Program-made: the position numbers and the translations under genes
Notes under the pieces: generated by a model
What the model saw: only the letters and a program-made list of their open reading frames with translations
Told to the model about the DNA's origin: nothing
The model's database searches: none
Shown here: positions 34,910 to 45,446 of the stretch, one piece after another
How positions within the stretch are numbered: position 1 is the stretch's first letter
Layout: the number at the start of each line of letters is the position of its first letter
Source of the DNA: a virus
Taxonomy: Duplodnaviria > Caudoviricetes
Virus record (IMG/VR): IMGVR_UViG_3300025430_000001
Coordinates: 1-59,503 of that record
Direction: 5' to 3' (one strand)
DNA length: 59,503 nucleotides

Positions 34910-36165
34910 TACGTGTATTCCCAAATGCGAATCATGCCTTGGTAACCATTGCCGCCGGGTTCAGTTGGCGCACCACTATAAGCGTTGTTATAAGCGCCTG
35001 ACCCGCCAGCACCCCAACCAAAACCATTATATCCACCACGGATTTGTTGATAAATAGGGTTTGAGTATCCTCCCCCCATAGTAATTCCATAAGGAGTATC
35101 TACGCAGCCACCGTACCCAGAACCACCAGCAGGAATTATTGGGGTAATTGAATAATCCATATTCGTAGCGGTTCCGGTTGACCCGTTAGTTCCAGCCCCG
35201 CTTCCACTGTAAAGACCGCCGCCACCGCCAGAAACAGAATATGTTGTCCCAGAAATTGTTATGGACGACGTTCCACCTGCACCACCATTGTAAGAGCCGC
35301 CATTTCCACCTGATCCCGCAGCACCAACGGCGTAAGTATATCCTGTAGATGGGGCGACTGTAGCGTATTTAACAGCAAAGAGTGAACCGCCACCTCCACC
35401 GCCATAACTTGTTCCGCCAGTCGACCCCGCAACACCGCCACCGCCACCGCCACCGCCAATCATTTCAATAAGAATGTGATTACAGCCAGCCGGAGTTGTG
35501 TAAGTTCCGCCGCCTGTGCTTGTTAAAACTTGCGGGGCGCGAATTAATGTTCCACCGGATGCCAAGGATGAGGACGTCCATGTAGTCCCGTTAGATGTAA
35601 GTACGTTACCGCTTGTGCCGGGGGCCACAAATTGAACTGCACTGGTTCCGTTACCAAGAATGACATTATTGGCTGTAAGCGTTGAAGCGCCCGTACCACC
35701 GCTTGAAACCGCTAAAGCTGACGAAATTAATCCATCATCTGCCTTTTTTACGTTTGTCCCGTCGCAATAGACAAGAATGCTATAACCCTGTGGGCAAGAT
35801 ACAGTAGTTCCAGCGGCTGCATTACTGCCGTTATTTGATCCCAATAGGACGGTATACGCGCCAGACGTACTATTGGTAACAACCCACATACCTGCCACGC
35901 TTTGAGGCAATAGAACGGTCTGGTTAGCGGCCAATGTTCCGGTCAGATTGAAACGCATGGCTTGCGACGTAGAACCCGCCGCGACAGCACTTGGGGCTGC
36001 AATATTGGTATATGTTGGCGTTGAACTAGTGCTTACTGAAACACCGGTCGTATTGCCAAAAATCTGATCAAGAATGGTGGAGTTATAATTGAGCGGCTGA
36101 TCCCAAGTCGGGGATGTGCTGTTATATGCTGGCTCGTTAAGCGCAAGATTAGTCGTTGTTGACAT
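34909..36165 (-). CDS. Tail fibre / glycine-rich virion protein
   Basis: GGTGASTLTANNVILGNGTSAV repeat unit and a C-terminal Gly-rich domain. Confidence 0.75.
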   Translation of the reverse strand: MSTTTNLALNEPAYNSTSPTWDQPLNYNSTILDQIFGNTTGVSVSTSSTPTYTNIAAPSAVAAGSTSQAMRFNLTGTLAANQTVLLPQSVAGMWVVTNSTSGAYTVLLGSNNGSNAAAGTTVSCPQGYSILVYCDGTNVKKADDGLISSALAVSSGGTGASTLTANNVILGNGTSAVQFVAPGTSGNVLTSNGTTWTSSSLASGGTLIRAPQVLTSTGGGTYTTPAGCNHILIEMIGGGGGGGGVAGSTGGTSYGGGGGGSLFAVKYATVAPSTGYTYAVGAAGSGGNGGSYNGGAGGTSSITISGTTYSVSGGGGGLYSGSGAGTNGSTGTATNMDYSITPIIPAGGSGYGGCVDTPYGITMGGGYSNPIYQQIRGGYNGFGWGAGGSGAYNNAYSGAPTEPGGNGYQGMIRIWEYT

Positions 36166-36355
36166 CTGATTTGCCTTTCTTGCCTAACAAACTTTGAACT
36201 GTATCGGTCTCGTAAATTTTAATTCCGTACCAAATAATAGGGAAAAACGCGCCAACTTCCGGTATCCAACCCATAAGAGTACCCAATGCAGCGGACAGCG
36301 AAAGCCAATCCATGAAATGTTTAACGCCTGTATCAATGTGATCAGTCAGGGTCAT
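36149..36355 (-). CDS. Small membrane protein (holin-like)
   Basis: MDWLSLSAALGTLMGWIP..GAFF.IIW..IKIYETDTVQ. Confidence 0.65.
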   Translation of the reverse strand: MTLTDHIDTGVKHFMDWLSLSAALGTLMGWIPEVGAFFPIIWYGIKIYETDTVQSLLGKKGKSDVNND

Positions 36356-36463
36356 GGTTGAAAATCCCGAATAATGGCCGCAAAAATGTTCCGGTTGATT
36401 GATAGTACACCAAAGCAACGGATATTCCAATCCCCGCAGTTTTTTGAGTTTCTAATTGCATTT

Positions 36464-36826
36464 TTATAATTCCACCCAATTTTTACTGTTTTCGTCCCAA
36501 ATGTATGATTTACCATCATTTGGGCGTTGAACCGGAGATTCCCATAACCAAGTTGTTTGGTTTAAAGTCCAAGAAGAAAACGGTTGAGGCGCATAAAATA
36601 CATCATGCGTTGCATCATAAATATATCCAATACCTGCATGATTACCGCGCAATGCCACACCACCATCAGGCTGTCCATCTTGGCCGTAATGAATACCGCC
36701 ACGGGTGTTATAAGATGTTTGAACCCATTCAGAAGGCGACCCAAAAAGGCCAGAGTCAATAACATCTTGTTCCGCAACAATGATTTGCGTGACAAACCCA
36801 TTTTCTATTTTTGCAAAATGGCTCAT
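36464..36826 (-). CDS. Tail-associated protein
   Basis: MSHFAKI...WVQTSYNT.GG...AGIGY.YD...PQPF.SW.L...W..P...P.DG..Y.WDE. Confidence 0.8.
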   Translation of the reverse strand: MSHFAKIENGFVTQIIVAEQDVIDSGLFGSPSEWVQTSYNTRGGIHYGQDGQPDGGVALRGNHAGIGYIYDATHDVFYAPQPFSSWTLNQTTWLWESPVQRPNDGKSYIWDENSKNWVEL

Positions 36827-37794
36827 GCTTTGTAAGACCCAGAAGATGTAAACTTAATAATTGTATTACTACCAGATGTAGTAATAGTAGGAGAACCTGT
36901 TGTTACGCCACTATAATTTGCCGTTGGAACGGAAATAATAACCACACCAGAACCACCAGCCGCACCCGTTCCAGCGCCGCCGCCGCCGCCGCCTGTATTT
37001 ACTGTACCAGCAGTTGCGCTTGTGGTTCCACCCGCTCCACCACCACCTGAACCACCCGTTGTAGAACCAGCTGTAAATCCGCCGCCGCCGCCGCCTGCGT
37101 AATAAATTGCTGTTCCAGTAATAGAAGATTGCAATCCATTACCGCCATTGCCACCATTATTTCCACTACCAGCACCACCAACAGCACCAGCGCCACCGCC
37201 GCCACCAGCGCCATAAAAACCGATTACGCCATAACCAGAACCACCAGAATTACCCTGACCAGATGTTCCAGAACCACCTGTTCCACCGGCATAGTACGCA
37301 ATTCCACCACCACCTGAACCGCCCAAACCACCCGCTGGAACAACCCCACTTGGACCGCCGCCGCCATACCCGCCACCAACTGCTGTGGTTAATCCTGTTA
37401 TAGATGAATTGGTTCCAGAGTTACCAACCGTGGAACTGGCGGGGGTAGCGCCACCGCCGCCTACAGTAACGGTGTAAACAGTGCCACCCGTTAGAGTTGT
37501 TGACCCAGTAACAAAACCACCAGCACCGCCGCCGCCGCCACGGCCACCATCACCACCACCAGAGCCGCCACCCGCAACAATTAAATATGATGCTGCATAA
37601 GATGGACTTGTTCCTGTCGTGCTATAAAAAGCAGACATACTTAAATTAGTAGATGGAAATGTTCCAGAAGAGCCATTGGAATAATAATATGTTACCCCTC
37701 TATACGAACTAAGGCTATACGATGCGACATTTGGGAATGCCGCATATATATTTGCCATAGAAATCGCACCTGATGAGGGACAGTATGTTGGCAT
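36823..37794 (-). CDS. Glycine-rich virion protein
   Basis: YLIVAGGGSGG...YYAGGGGGG...NTGGGGGG...GGSGVVII. Confidence 0.8.
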   Translation of the reverse strand: MPTYCPSSGAISMANIYAAFPNVASYSLSSYRGVTYYYSNGSSGTFPSTNLSMSAFYSTTGTSPSYAASYLIVAGGGSGGGDGGRGGGGGAGGFVTGSTTLTGGTVYTVTVGGGGATPASSTVGNSGTNSSITGLTTAVGGGYGGGGPSGVVPAGGLGGSGGGGIAYYAGGTGGSGTSGQGNSGGSGYGVIGFYGAGGGGGAGAVGGAGSGNNGGNGGNGLQSSITGTAIYYAGGGGGGFTAGSTTGGSGGGGAGGTTSATAGTVNTGGGGGGAGTGAAGGSGVVIISVPTANYSGVTTGSPTITTSGSNTIIKFTSSGSYKA

Positions 37795-40700
37795 TACATC
37801 TTGCTCCGTAAATCAACAACTTCTGCGCGTAGCTCTTTGATAGCTTCGATCAAAACGCCCACAATGTTACCATATGCAACAGAAAGATTTTCACCTTCCA
37901 TAACAACTTCTGGCAATACTTCTCGCATCTCCTGAGCGATAACACCCACACCCTTAGCCTCACTATCAATACGGGTATAACGAACACCTCGCATTTTATC
38001 GACCAGATCAAGGGCATTATCTATGGTAGACACGTCTTTCTTTAAACGGGCATCAGAATATGCCGTAACGTTGCCAGTGGCGACTAAATTTCCAGCATCA
38101 TCCAATGAAAGAATTACAGCAGAATAGGCGCTATTAACCCATTGCATAATTCCGCTATTAACACGAATCCATTTATATGGAGTTGTCGCTCCATTACCAT
38201 TAAATCTTATACTCGCGCCATTTGCTCCCGTATCAGCAACGATTAACGTATTTGAAGAACCGCTTGTTGTAAAAGAACCCGCTGCTCCAGAAGTTAAAAT
38301 TGAAGCAGTGATTAATGCAGCAGAACTCGTCGTCCCCACTAGCAGATTGCCGGAGGAGTCGATACGCATACGTTCGGTAGCCGATGAACCGTTGCCAAAT
38401 GCCAAATAACTTGGATCACCAATAATACGCGCTACTTCTACACCGTTAATTGTATAAAAATCGTACGTTTGAGAACCAGTAGGAGCAAGCCGTTGAAACC
38501 CTGCATAACCACCAGTGCTTCGTGACGCGATAATATTAGCGGCAGAAGATGATACGTCTAACTTAGTTCCCGGCGAACTTGTTCCAATACCTACGTTGCC
38601 AGACGTATCAATACGCATACGTTCTGTATAAGTTCCAGCGCCAGTGCCAAAACCTAATGCAGTCGTTGTCCACATTGTTGACAAACCAGATGCCGTGGAA
38701 AGAATACCAGTTGAATTGGTATTATCTGTCCAACGCACAGCGTCTGTTAACGCGGCAGTTTGAACGGTAAATTTAGTGCTAGGCGAACTCGTCCCAATAC
38801 CTACGTTGCCAGCATTGGTAATACGCATCGCAGATGCAAGCGTATTGGCTGTAGTGCCTGTTGATCCAACTGGCGCAACTTGGAAGTCAATATAACCAGA
38901 GCCGCCCGTGCCTGTGCCGTTACCTGCATAAAGCGATAAATTGCCGCCAGTGATGTTGGTTCCCGTGCCGTTTGGCGAACGGATAATAGAAGCACTTGGC
39001 GTAGCACCCGCATCGCCACGGCCCAAGATGAGGACAGGATTGGTTGAAATATCAAGTTGGGCGGCTTGCGTACCGTTTGTGTAGAACGATAGCGGCAAAT
39101 ACGTACCCGTGCCGTTAATGCCCGACACCAACTGAACGTCCGTGGAGCCGTTCGTCGCAATCAAAATCTTGGATGCGTTGGTAGGATCAGCGGCATTGGT
39201 TGCTTGCCAAGAAGCAGCCGTAGATGTGCCGTTAGGCAGAGCATAAATGCCCGTTGTGCCGTTGGCCGTACTTGTTTGAAAAGCCAAACGGTTGGTAACA
39301 GTAGCGTTAGTAAAGTCGCCAAGAACACGAGCGCCAGTGCCTGTAAAAGTTTCGTTACCGCTATTGCTGATGCTGCCCGTTGTTAAAGCCGTAACCGTAG
39401 GCGAATTAGACCATGCAGGAGCAACACCAACACCACCCGACACAAGAACTGATCCGGTAGCAACGTCAGACAGTTTTGACAGAGTTGTAGAGGCAGAAGC
39501 GTACAAAAGATCGCCCACTGTGTAAGACGTAATGTTTGTGCCGCCAGAGGCCACAGGAACCACGCCGCCAAGCGTTGCAAGCGTAACCGTTGTCCACGAT
39601 GGAGCGGCAGACGCGCCACCAGATGTTAAGAACTGGCCAGACGTACCGTATGTAGCGCCGCCAATACCCAACTGACCCGCAGGGCCAAAACGGAAGACTT
39701 CAGTCGCAGAGTTGCCGCCTGTAGCAGTCGTGAAGATAGACGCGTATGTTCCTTGCGCCGTATCCGTGAAGTTTTCAGCAGCAGTAATCGCAAGATAACC
39801 TGTAGATGCTGTAGCAAATCCAGTCGCGCCATAACCACGGGCAGTAAACTGCGCTAAGAAGTCGCCTGATTGCGATGCCGTTGGAGAAGCCGCCGTACCA
39901 CGGGCTTGGCGGCCTGTATAAACAGGATAGTTGCCCGTGCCGTAAGCATCTTGCGTAATACGGGTATTGGCGGCATTTGCGCCAACAATATACAAATCAG
40001 TACCGGCAGGAAGCGAACCTGTTGGCGTGGTCGTTTGCGTATTGGAAACAACAGTCAACTGCGTCTGCGGCGTAGCGGTATTAATGCCCAAACGGTTATT
40101 GGTGTTATCCCAAAAGAACTTGGCGTTGTTCTGGCTGTAAACGCCTGATGCACCCGCGAATACAACCGATCCGGTGGTAAACGCCGTTGCAGTACCTGTA
40201 CCGCCATTTGTAACACCCAGTGTGCCAGTGACACCTGCGCCGCCAAGAGCCAACTGACCAAACGAAGGGGCCGTTGAAGCGCCCGTGGATAATAAAGGAT
40301 AACCCGTAGTAGATGGCGATATTTGGCCAACAGAAGACGTGCTTGCGGCGTATAATACCCCATACGCAGTCAGCGCAGTCAGCCCCGTGCCTCCGTTTGC
40401 AACGCCGACCGTGCCAAGGCCGATGGTATTACCCGTCTTGGTAATTGGAGCGGATACGGTGATATTACCGGAAGATGATGTCTGAACCCACACAAGGGCC
40501 GTTGAACCAACCGTAATTGTGCCAGTTGTGTTCATGACCCATGAGGTTGAACCCCATGTCGTGCCGCCGCTGACAAATGTAGATGCGCCCGTTTCAATGT
40601 AATTAGGGCCGCTGCCAGTCGTATTAAAGTCAGTTGCGCGGGTAAGCACCCAATTGGTTGAGCCAGAACCAAGCGTTGTGACGGTGTAAATACCGTTTTG

Positions 40701-42182
40701 TGCGCCCGTGCTTTGGTCTTTAACAAGGATGCGGTCACTTAATGATGCAGTATAACCATCAACAACAAAAGCGGCCTGTGCGCCACTATTGGTAAGCGTA
40801 GCACCAACACCCGCCGTTCCGTTGTTATATGTGGCGGTCAAATTGGCAGTAGTAGCCGCCGCAGAAGCCGTATGGAAGGTTGTATTACTAACCGTAGCAA
40901 CTTGGTTATCAACATACTGTTTGGTGGACAATTGCAACGATGCGGTTGGGTCTTGCGTAACCGTTACTGTTGTCAAACCTGACAACGTGGACGTTGAAGC
41001 GCCCAAAGCAATAGACGTTGAGCCAATTGTAATGGATGAATTGGTTAACCCGGCATTAGGAATTGTAGCGACAGCCGTGAATGCGCTTGTGCCATTGCCG
41101 ACAAGATATCCCGTCAGTGTGGTTGCGCCTGTACCGCCGTTTGCAACAGGCAATGTGCCGCTTACGTGCGTAGAAAGACCAATTTTACCCCAAGACGGAG
41201 CAACACCGACCCCTCCAGAAATAAGAGCATTGCCAGTAGCCACGTCATTAAGACGGGCCAAGGTGGAAGATGACGAAGCATAAAGAATGTCGCCTGTCGT
41301 ATACGATCCATAACCCGTTCCGCCTTGCGTTTCCGATAATGGCGTGGTCAGACCAGAAAGTGACGTAATATCGCTGTTTGCCCCTGAAGCTGCTGCACCA
41401 AGGTTAGTACGAGCGCCAGATGCCGTTGTAGCTCCGGTGCCACCATAGGCGACAGCCACAGGAGACCCCTGCCACGTTCCAGATGAAATGGTATTAAAGC
41501 CAACCGTTCCAGTCGCCGAAAGATTCGTAAATGCGCCGGTTGACGGAGTTGTCCCACCAATTGCTGTTTGGTTAATCGTTCCGCCAGTTATTGCAACGGC
41601 ATTGGCATTTTGCGTTGCCATCGTTCCAAGGCCAGTAACTTGACCTGATGGAATTGAAATTGTTGTGTTTAAAGCAGAAGTAATCTGACCTTGAGCATTA
41701 ATAGCAATAGAAGGAACAGAAGATGCTGTTCCATAATTTCCGGCTGCAACACTCGTGTTAGCCAATGAAATCGTGCCAGATGTAGTAATTGGATTGGTGC
41801 CAGATGTAGTAAGCCCAGTTCCAGCCGTAATTGAAGAAACAGTACCGCCACCAATCATAGCTAAGACTTGAGCAGCAGTTAAATCTTTAACAGCAGCCAC
41901 ACCCGCCGCATTATTACCCTTAATGGTATTGGCTGGCATAGTTGAAAGATATTGGTTTGTAATGCTCGAATCAGTAACGCCAATAGTTCCGGTCGTCGTA
42001 ATCGTTCCGCCCGAAAGTGGAGATTGAGCAGTAACTGATGTTACCGTACCTCCATTGGCATTGAGATTGGCAATTTGTTGCGCGGTGGCGCTATAAGATA
42101 CGCCATTCTGCACAACCATGACTTCAGATGATCCGCTAAGGGTCGTAAGAACCGGAAGATTCGTGACAGTCGTATTGCTCAT
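37794..42182 (-). CDS. Long tail fibre with C-terminal peptidase S74 intramolecular chaperone
   Basis: V.xGGTG repeats, RILVKDQ...NGIY, ERMRIDxSGNVGIGT repeats, SDARLKKD...GVIAQE...LIEAIKEL. Confidence 0.9.
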   Translation of the reverse strand: MSNTTVTNLPVLTTLSGSSEVMVVQNGVSYSATAQQIANLNANGGTVTSVTAQSPLSGGTITTTGTIGVTDSSITNQYLSTMPANTIKGNNAAGVAAVKDLTAAQVLAMIGGGTVSSITAGTGLTTSGTNPITTSGTISLANTSVAAGNYGTASSVPSIAINAQGQITSALNTTISIPSGQVTGLGTMATQNANAVAITGGTINQTAIGGTTPSTGAFTNLSATGTVGFNTISSGTWQGSPVAVAYGGTGATTASGARTNLGAAASGANSDITSLSGLTTPLSETQGGTGYGSYTTGDILYASSSSTLARLNDVATGNALISGGVGVAPSWGKIGLSTHVSGTLPVANGGTGATTLTGYLVGNGTSAFTAVATIPNAGLTNSSITIGSTSIALGASTSTLSGLTTVTVTQDPTASLQLSTKQYVDNQVATVSNTTFHTASAAATTANLTATYNNGTAGVGATLTNSGAQAAFVVDGYTASLSDRILVKDQSTGAQNGIYTVTTLGSGSTNWVLTRATDFNTTGSGPNYIETGASTFVSGGTTWGSTSWVMNTTGTITVGSTALVWVQTSSSGNITVSAPITKTGNTIGLGTVGVANGGTGLTALTAYGVLYAASTSSVGQISPSTTGYPLLSTGASTAPSFGQLALGGAGVTGTLGVTNGGTGTATAFTTGSVVFAGASGVYSQNNAKFFWDNTNNRLGINTATPQTQLTVVSNTQTTTPTGSLPAGTDLYIVGANAANTRITQDAYGTGNYPVYTGRQARGTAASPTASQSGDFLAQFTARGYGATGFATASTGYLAITAAENFTDTAQGTYASIFTTATGGNSATEVFRFGPAGQLGIGGATYGTSGQFLTSGGASAAPSWTTVTLATLGGVVPVASGGTNITSYTVGDLLYASASTTLSKLSDVATGSVLVSGGVGVAPAWSNSPTVTALTTGSISNSGNETFTGTGARVLGDFTNATVTNRLAFQTSTANGTTGIYALPNGTSTAASWQATNAADPTNASKILIATNGSTDVQLVSGINGTGTYLPLSFYTNGTQAAQLDISTNPVLILGRGDAGATPSASIIRSPNGTGTNITGGNLSLYAGNGTGTGGSGYIDFQVAPVGSTGTTANTLASAMRITNAGNVGIGTSSPSTKFTVQTAALTDAVRWTDNTNSTGILSTASGLSTMWTTTALGFGTGAGTYTERMRIDTSGNVGIGTSSPGTKLDVSSSAANIIASRSTGGYAGFQRLAPTGSQTYDFYTINGVEVARIIGDPSYLAFGNGSSATERMRIDSSGNLLVGTTSSAALITASILTSGAAGSFTTSGSSNTLIVADTGANGASIRFNGNGATTPYKWIRVNSGIMQWVNSAYSAVILSLDDAGNLVATGNVTAYSDARLKKDVSTIDNALDLVDKMRGVRYTRIDSEAKGVGVIAQEMREVLPEVVMEGENLSVAYGNIVGVLIEAIKELRAEVVDLRSKM

Positions 42183-42913
42183 GTCGTGGGTCCAGTCAGC
42201 GGTATCTGGTTGTAGTTGTATGGCAAGCCAACCAAGGCCGTAACCATCAAGGTGGTGCCTTGGATAAGGTTCCCCGCTGGTATAGCATTGTTTGTCTGAT
42301 AAGTGAATGCTGTCGCAGTAGTAACCGTCACGCTATAAATGCCATCTGCATTGTTGTTTGTCAGACCTTCAACCGCAATTTGGTCGTTGGTGCTAAGGCC
42401 ATGCGCCGACGAAAACGTCACTGTGATTGTGCTTGTGCCGGTCTGCGACGTCACAGACAGCGGGGAAAGCACCACACGGTAGTTTTTCTGGTTGAGCAAT
42501 GGCATCACGGCGTTCTGGTCGAGGCCGGTTGGCTTACCCAAAACTTGGGTCGTCACATTGACCCCGTCCTGCGTGACGATGTCTGTCGTCGATGGGATAG
42601 GAATGCCAGTCCAGAAGTCTTTAACAGTCGGCGCATTAATCGCGATGCTGTCTGTTTCCGCCGCCGCGTAATCTTGAACGCGTGGGTTCTCGATTGGCAC
42701 TGGGTCAGCAGGAAGAATAATCGACCTTAATTGAGCCTGAGGAGTGTCCAAGCACGGGCTGCACACCAGAATGCGCTTGTTGATAAGGCCAGCACCTGCA
42801 TAGTCAAACTGCCATTGGAGCTTGTCGTGATTGTATAAAAACCCGCAACGGTCACATATGCCGAAAGCGCGAGGATTTCTACTTGATACGGATGCACGGC
42901 CTGTTGCCCTCAC
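42179..42913 (-). CDS. Virion protein with N-terminal Zn finger and C-terminal beta domain
   Basis: GICDRCGF...VCSPCLD.PQ; AHGLSTND.I...DGIYSV. Confidence 0.75.
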   Translation of the reverse strand: MRATGRASVSSRNPRAFGICDRCGFLYNHDKLQWQFDYAGAGLINKRILVCSPCLDTPQAQLRSIILPADPVPIENPRVQDYAAAETDSIAINAPTVKDFWTGIPIPSTTDIVTQDGVNVTTQVLGKPTGLDQNAVMPLLNQKNYRVVLSPLSVTSQTGTSTITVTFSSAHGLSTNDQIAVEGLTNNNADGIYSVTVTTATAFTYQTNNAIPAGNLIQGTTLMVTALVGLPYNYNQIPLTGPTT

Positions 42914-43821
42914 CTGAAGTATCCTTGGATTTGCGGCGAAATGTATTGCTGCGCCGTTTCCACGTTCTGCTCGGCGGCAACGGAATAGGCTTCATCAGCC
43001 AGCGGCTTCAGCAATTGCACCTTTGCGGCATTCCAGATGATGGCGAGGCGCAGAGCCAGATTGTAGGCAAACGCTTCCAGCCAGAGGTACGGGATTTCGA
43101 CCGTCTGCCCACCGGTGTAGGCCGCGTCTTGGATTTGGCGGACGCGGTAATACTTCAGGGTCTGCGATGACGTGCCATCCGGCACCGGCCACAGTGTCAC
43201 CTGCGGTGCAATGAGGCGGTCCATCCAGAACACAGTGGGAAAGCCTACCTGCTGCTTATTGGGATAGGACGCGTACTCGGTGCGCGAGACCGGCAGGATG
43301 ATGCGGTCGATGGGCTGCGACCCATTCGTGGTGTTTTCCACGTATGCGTCGAGCATCACGACGGTGTTTGGGTCAATCGAGTACGTGGCCGCTGGCGTCG
43401 AGGTCGAGATCGTGCCGCTGGTGGAAGTTCCAACAACGGAGGATGAAAAGGACACCGAACCGTTGGAACTCGCCGTAACCGTCTGCAAACCGTCTACAAT
43501 GCCGGTGCCTGCCACGGTGATCTGTGTACCTATTGTGTATACAGGGGTGTTGGGCGTGGCATAGGTCAGCGTGGCCGTTGAACCGTTGCCGGTAGCCTTG
43601 GTAATCGTTGGGGTCTGGTTGAAGTTTACCGTCACGAGATCGACGGCCCACAGGTTTACGCCCCGGTTGGCCCAATTGGCCAGCAGCAGGTTTGTGGACA
43701 TCCGTGCGGCTTCCATGTGCTCTTGGGCAATAGCCGTATTGCGCACTTCGCAGAGGTTGTACGCATAGAGTACAATCTCGCCGAGCGACGGATTAAACGT
43801 GTAGGTGCCGCTCGTGGCCAT
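42910..43821 (-). CDS. Head-tail connector-like protein with an inserted beta domain
   Basis: MATSGTYTF, NLLLANWANRGVNLW, SRTEY..PNK...G.P, LWPVPD. Confidence 0.75.
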   Translation of the reverse strand: MATSGTYTFNPSLGEIVLYAYNLCEVRNTAIAQEHMEAARMSTNLLLANWANRGVNLWAVDLVTVNFNQTPTITKATGNGSTATLTYATPNTPVYTIGTQITVAGTGIVDGLQTVTASSNGSVSFSSSVVGTSTSGTISTSTPAATYSIDPNTVVMLDAYVENTTNGSQPIDRIILPVSRTEYASYPNKQQVGFPTVFWMDRLIAPQVTLWPVPDGTSSQTLKYYRVRQIQDAAYTGGQTVEIPYLWLEAFAYNLALRLAIIWNAAKVQLLKPLADEAYSVAAEQNVETAQQYISPQIQGYFR

Positions 43822-44594
43822 TAGAGAGTTCCGTCATTCGCAACCAGAACGCCCTCACCAAATGCGCCAACAGCATATGTTCCTGCGTTTGTATTAACGC
43901 GAAACTGGATGTCTGTTTTTTCCGTATAAATCAGCGGATATTGCCGATGAATGTCCAAGATGCTGGTAAATGGCGACTGCGCTACGTTGAGCGCGACCTT
44001 GGAATTGGCATTTTGCTGCCAGTTAGTAAAAGTCAGGTTGTTAGAAGATGTGTATGGGTTAGATGCAAACACGTCGATGCGGTTCAAGAAGAACGAGTAA
44101 CCCGCTGGCACCGTATAAATTGCCATCTGTGTCTTACCGACACCAATAGCAATCTGTGCATAGGTCGTTCCGCCGTTCTTAGCCGTAATCGTGCCAACAT
44201 TTGAATTGCCAAGCGTTGCAACGCTGGTGACAATCATGCTGTTGATGCGGAAGAATGCCGTGCCGTTGGTGGCCGTACCGGAAGTGCCGCCGGAGAATGT
44301 CACCGTATCGGTCACGACAGCGTAGTTCGCATCCAAACCAGTAACCGTCATGGTCAAGGTTTCAGATGCCGAGCTGGCATATGTCATCGTTAAGGCAGAG
44401 GTTGGGTAGGTATAAGTAGATGCATTTTCCCAGACTGGGATGCTGGTAGTCGTTACAGAGGCCTGATAGCCAAAAATGTTGACCACGTTGTGAAGCGTAA
44501 TCTGGCTACGAGCTACCTGTAGTTCAAACGGTTCATTGCGACCCGTGCGAGTGATGGACTGGTTAACAGCGCCCGTTGATGTAAAGGTGGTCAT
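43821..44594 (-). CDS. Putative virion structural protein
   Basis: 257 aa; GLDANY, FFRIN, TQMAIYTVPAG, EKTDI. Confidence 0.7.
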   Translation of the reverse strand: MTTFTSTGAVNQSITRTGRNEPFELQVARSQITLHNVVNIFGYQASVTTTSIPVWENASTYTYPTSALTMTYASSASETLTMTVTGLDANYAVVTDTVTFSGGTSGTATNGTAFFRINSMIVTSVATLGNSNVGTITAKNGGTTYAQIAIGVGKTQMAIYTVPAGYSFFLNRIDVFASNPYTSSNNLTFTNWQQNANSKVALNVAQSPFTSILDIHRQYPLIYTEKTDIQFRVNTNAGTYAVGAFGEGVLVANDGTL

Positions 44595-44596
44595 GA

Positions 44597-44761
44597 TTAT
44601 TTGCCTTTTTTACGCGCAACTGCCACATTATCGACAGCGTTAGGATATGGCCGACCTGCGGCCCTTGCACTAGCCTTAGCACTTTGCTCTTGCTTGTGCG
44701 ACAAATGCTTTGTGTGATGGCCCTTGGGAAGCTGTTTGTCCCAGAATGGTTTGGTTGTCAT
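44597..44761 (-). CDS. Small basic protein (54 aa)
   Basis: Manual translation MTTKPFWDKQLPKGHHTKHLSHKQEQSAKASARAAGRPYPNAVDNVAVARKKGK. Confidence 0.7.
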   Translation of the reverse strand: MTTKPFWDKQLPKGHHTKHLSHKQEQSAKASARAAGRPYPNAVDNVAVARKKGK

Positions 44762-45198
44762 TGATAAGCCTCAAATAGGTTCAATCCGCTATGGATTTTA
44801 ACATAATCCGCAGCTTCCTGTTTGTTTTTTGCTGCCAAAAGGTAAATTCTGGCATATTCTAATAGGTCTGGGTCGTCTCTAAAATGGCCCAAACCTCTAT
44901 TGCACCTATCACATAACATGCCCCTAATCTCGCTTGTTACATGATCATGATCAACGACAAGTTTATCACGTTCTCCGCAAATAGTGCATTCAATTGTTGT
45001 CGCTATAAGTGATTTCAATTCGTGATCAGAGATCATGCCGCGATAGTTTCCACGGCGTATTTCAGACCTATACGAATTACGACAATCCCTGCACCAACTA
45101 TCCAACCCGTTGCGCTTCTTATTATGAAGAGGAAAAAACTCAGAAGTTTCTGGTTTTTCGCATTTGCAACGAGTGCAAATTAGCATGTCACGCCCCAT
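44758..45198 (-). CDS. Endonuclease VII-family (HNH-like) endonuclease
   Basis: CTRC..EK...CRDC; CTICG...VDHDH....RGMLCDRCNRGLG.F.D. Confidence 0.88.
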   Translation of the reverse strand: MGRDMLICTRCKCEKPETSEFFPLHNKKRNGLDSWCRDCRNSYRSEIRRGNYRGMISDHELKSLIATTIECTICGERDKLVVDHDHVTSEIRGMLCDRCNRGLGHFRDDPDLLEYARIYLLAAKNKQEAADYVKIHSGLNLFEAYQ

Positions 45199-45428
45199 TT
45201 TTTTAAAGCAAGATTGATTCTGCTGTTGGGGTCGTGGGCAGTTTTAGAGGATGTAAGTTTTTCCTTCATCCCACACATTCTTGCCCTAAAATTCTCGTGG
45301 CGCGGATTATCGGAATCTTTGGTTGGAGCCTTGAGGTGATGACCTTCCGCACGAGCAGATTGCCTACCGCGTTCGTTAAGCCCACCAGATGGCGATTTAC
45401 CTTCGGAACGCGTCCATGCAGCGGTCAT
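45180..45428 (-). CDS. DUF6321-like small basic protein
   Basis: AWTRSEGKSPSGGLN..GR...FRARM.GM...DPNSRIN.AL.KW. Confidence 0.75.
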   Translation of the reverse strand: MTAAWTRSEGKSPSGGLNERGRQSARAEGHHLKAPTKDSDNPRHENFRARMCGMKEKLTSSKTAHDPNSRINLALKKWGVTC

Positions 45429-45446
45429 ATGAGGCTCCCTATAGAG

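Noticed and set aside
34909-37794. Counting Gly-rich tail proteins as carriers of the xxGG motif
   Set aside because: Their GG runs are compositional poly-Gly and lack the basic or aromatic context of the motif.
34909-42182. Diversity-generating retroelement or invertible tail-fibre system
   Set aside because: No reverse transcriptase, invertase or TR/VR pair was seen. The internal repeats (GNVGIGTSSP, GGTG) are ordinary fibre repeats.
44758-45198. Group I intron-encoded endonuclease
   Set aside because: The flanking genes are complete and overlap the ORF directly, leaving no room for intron core structure.
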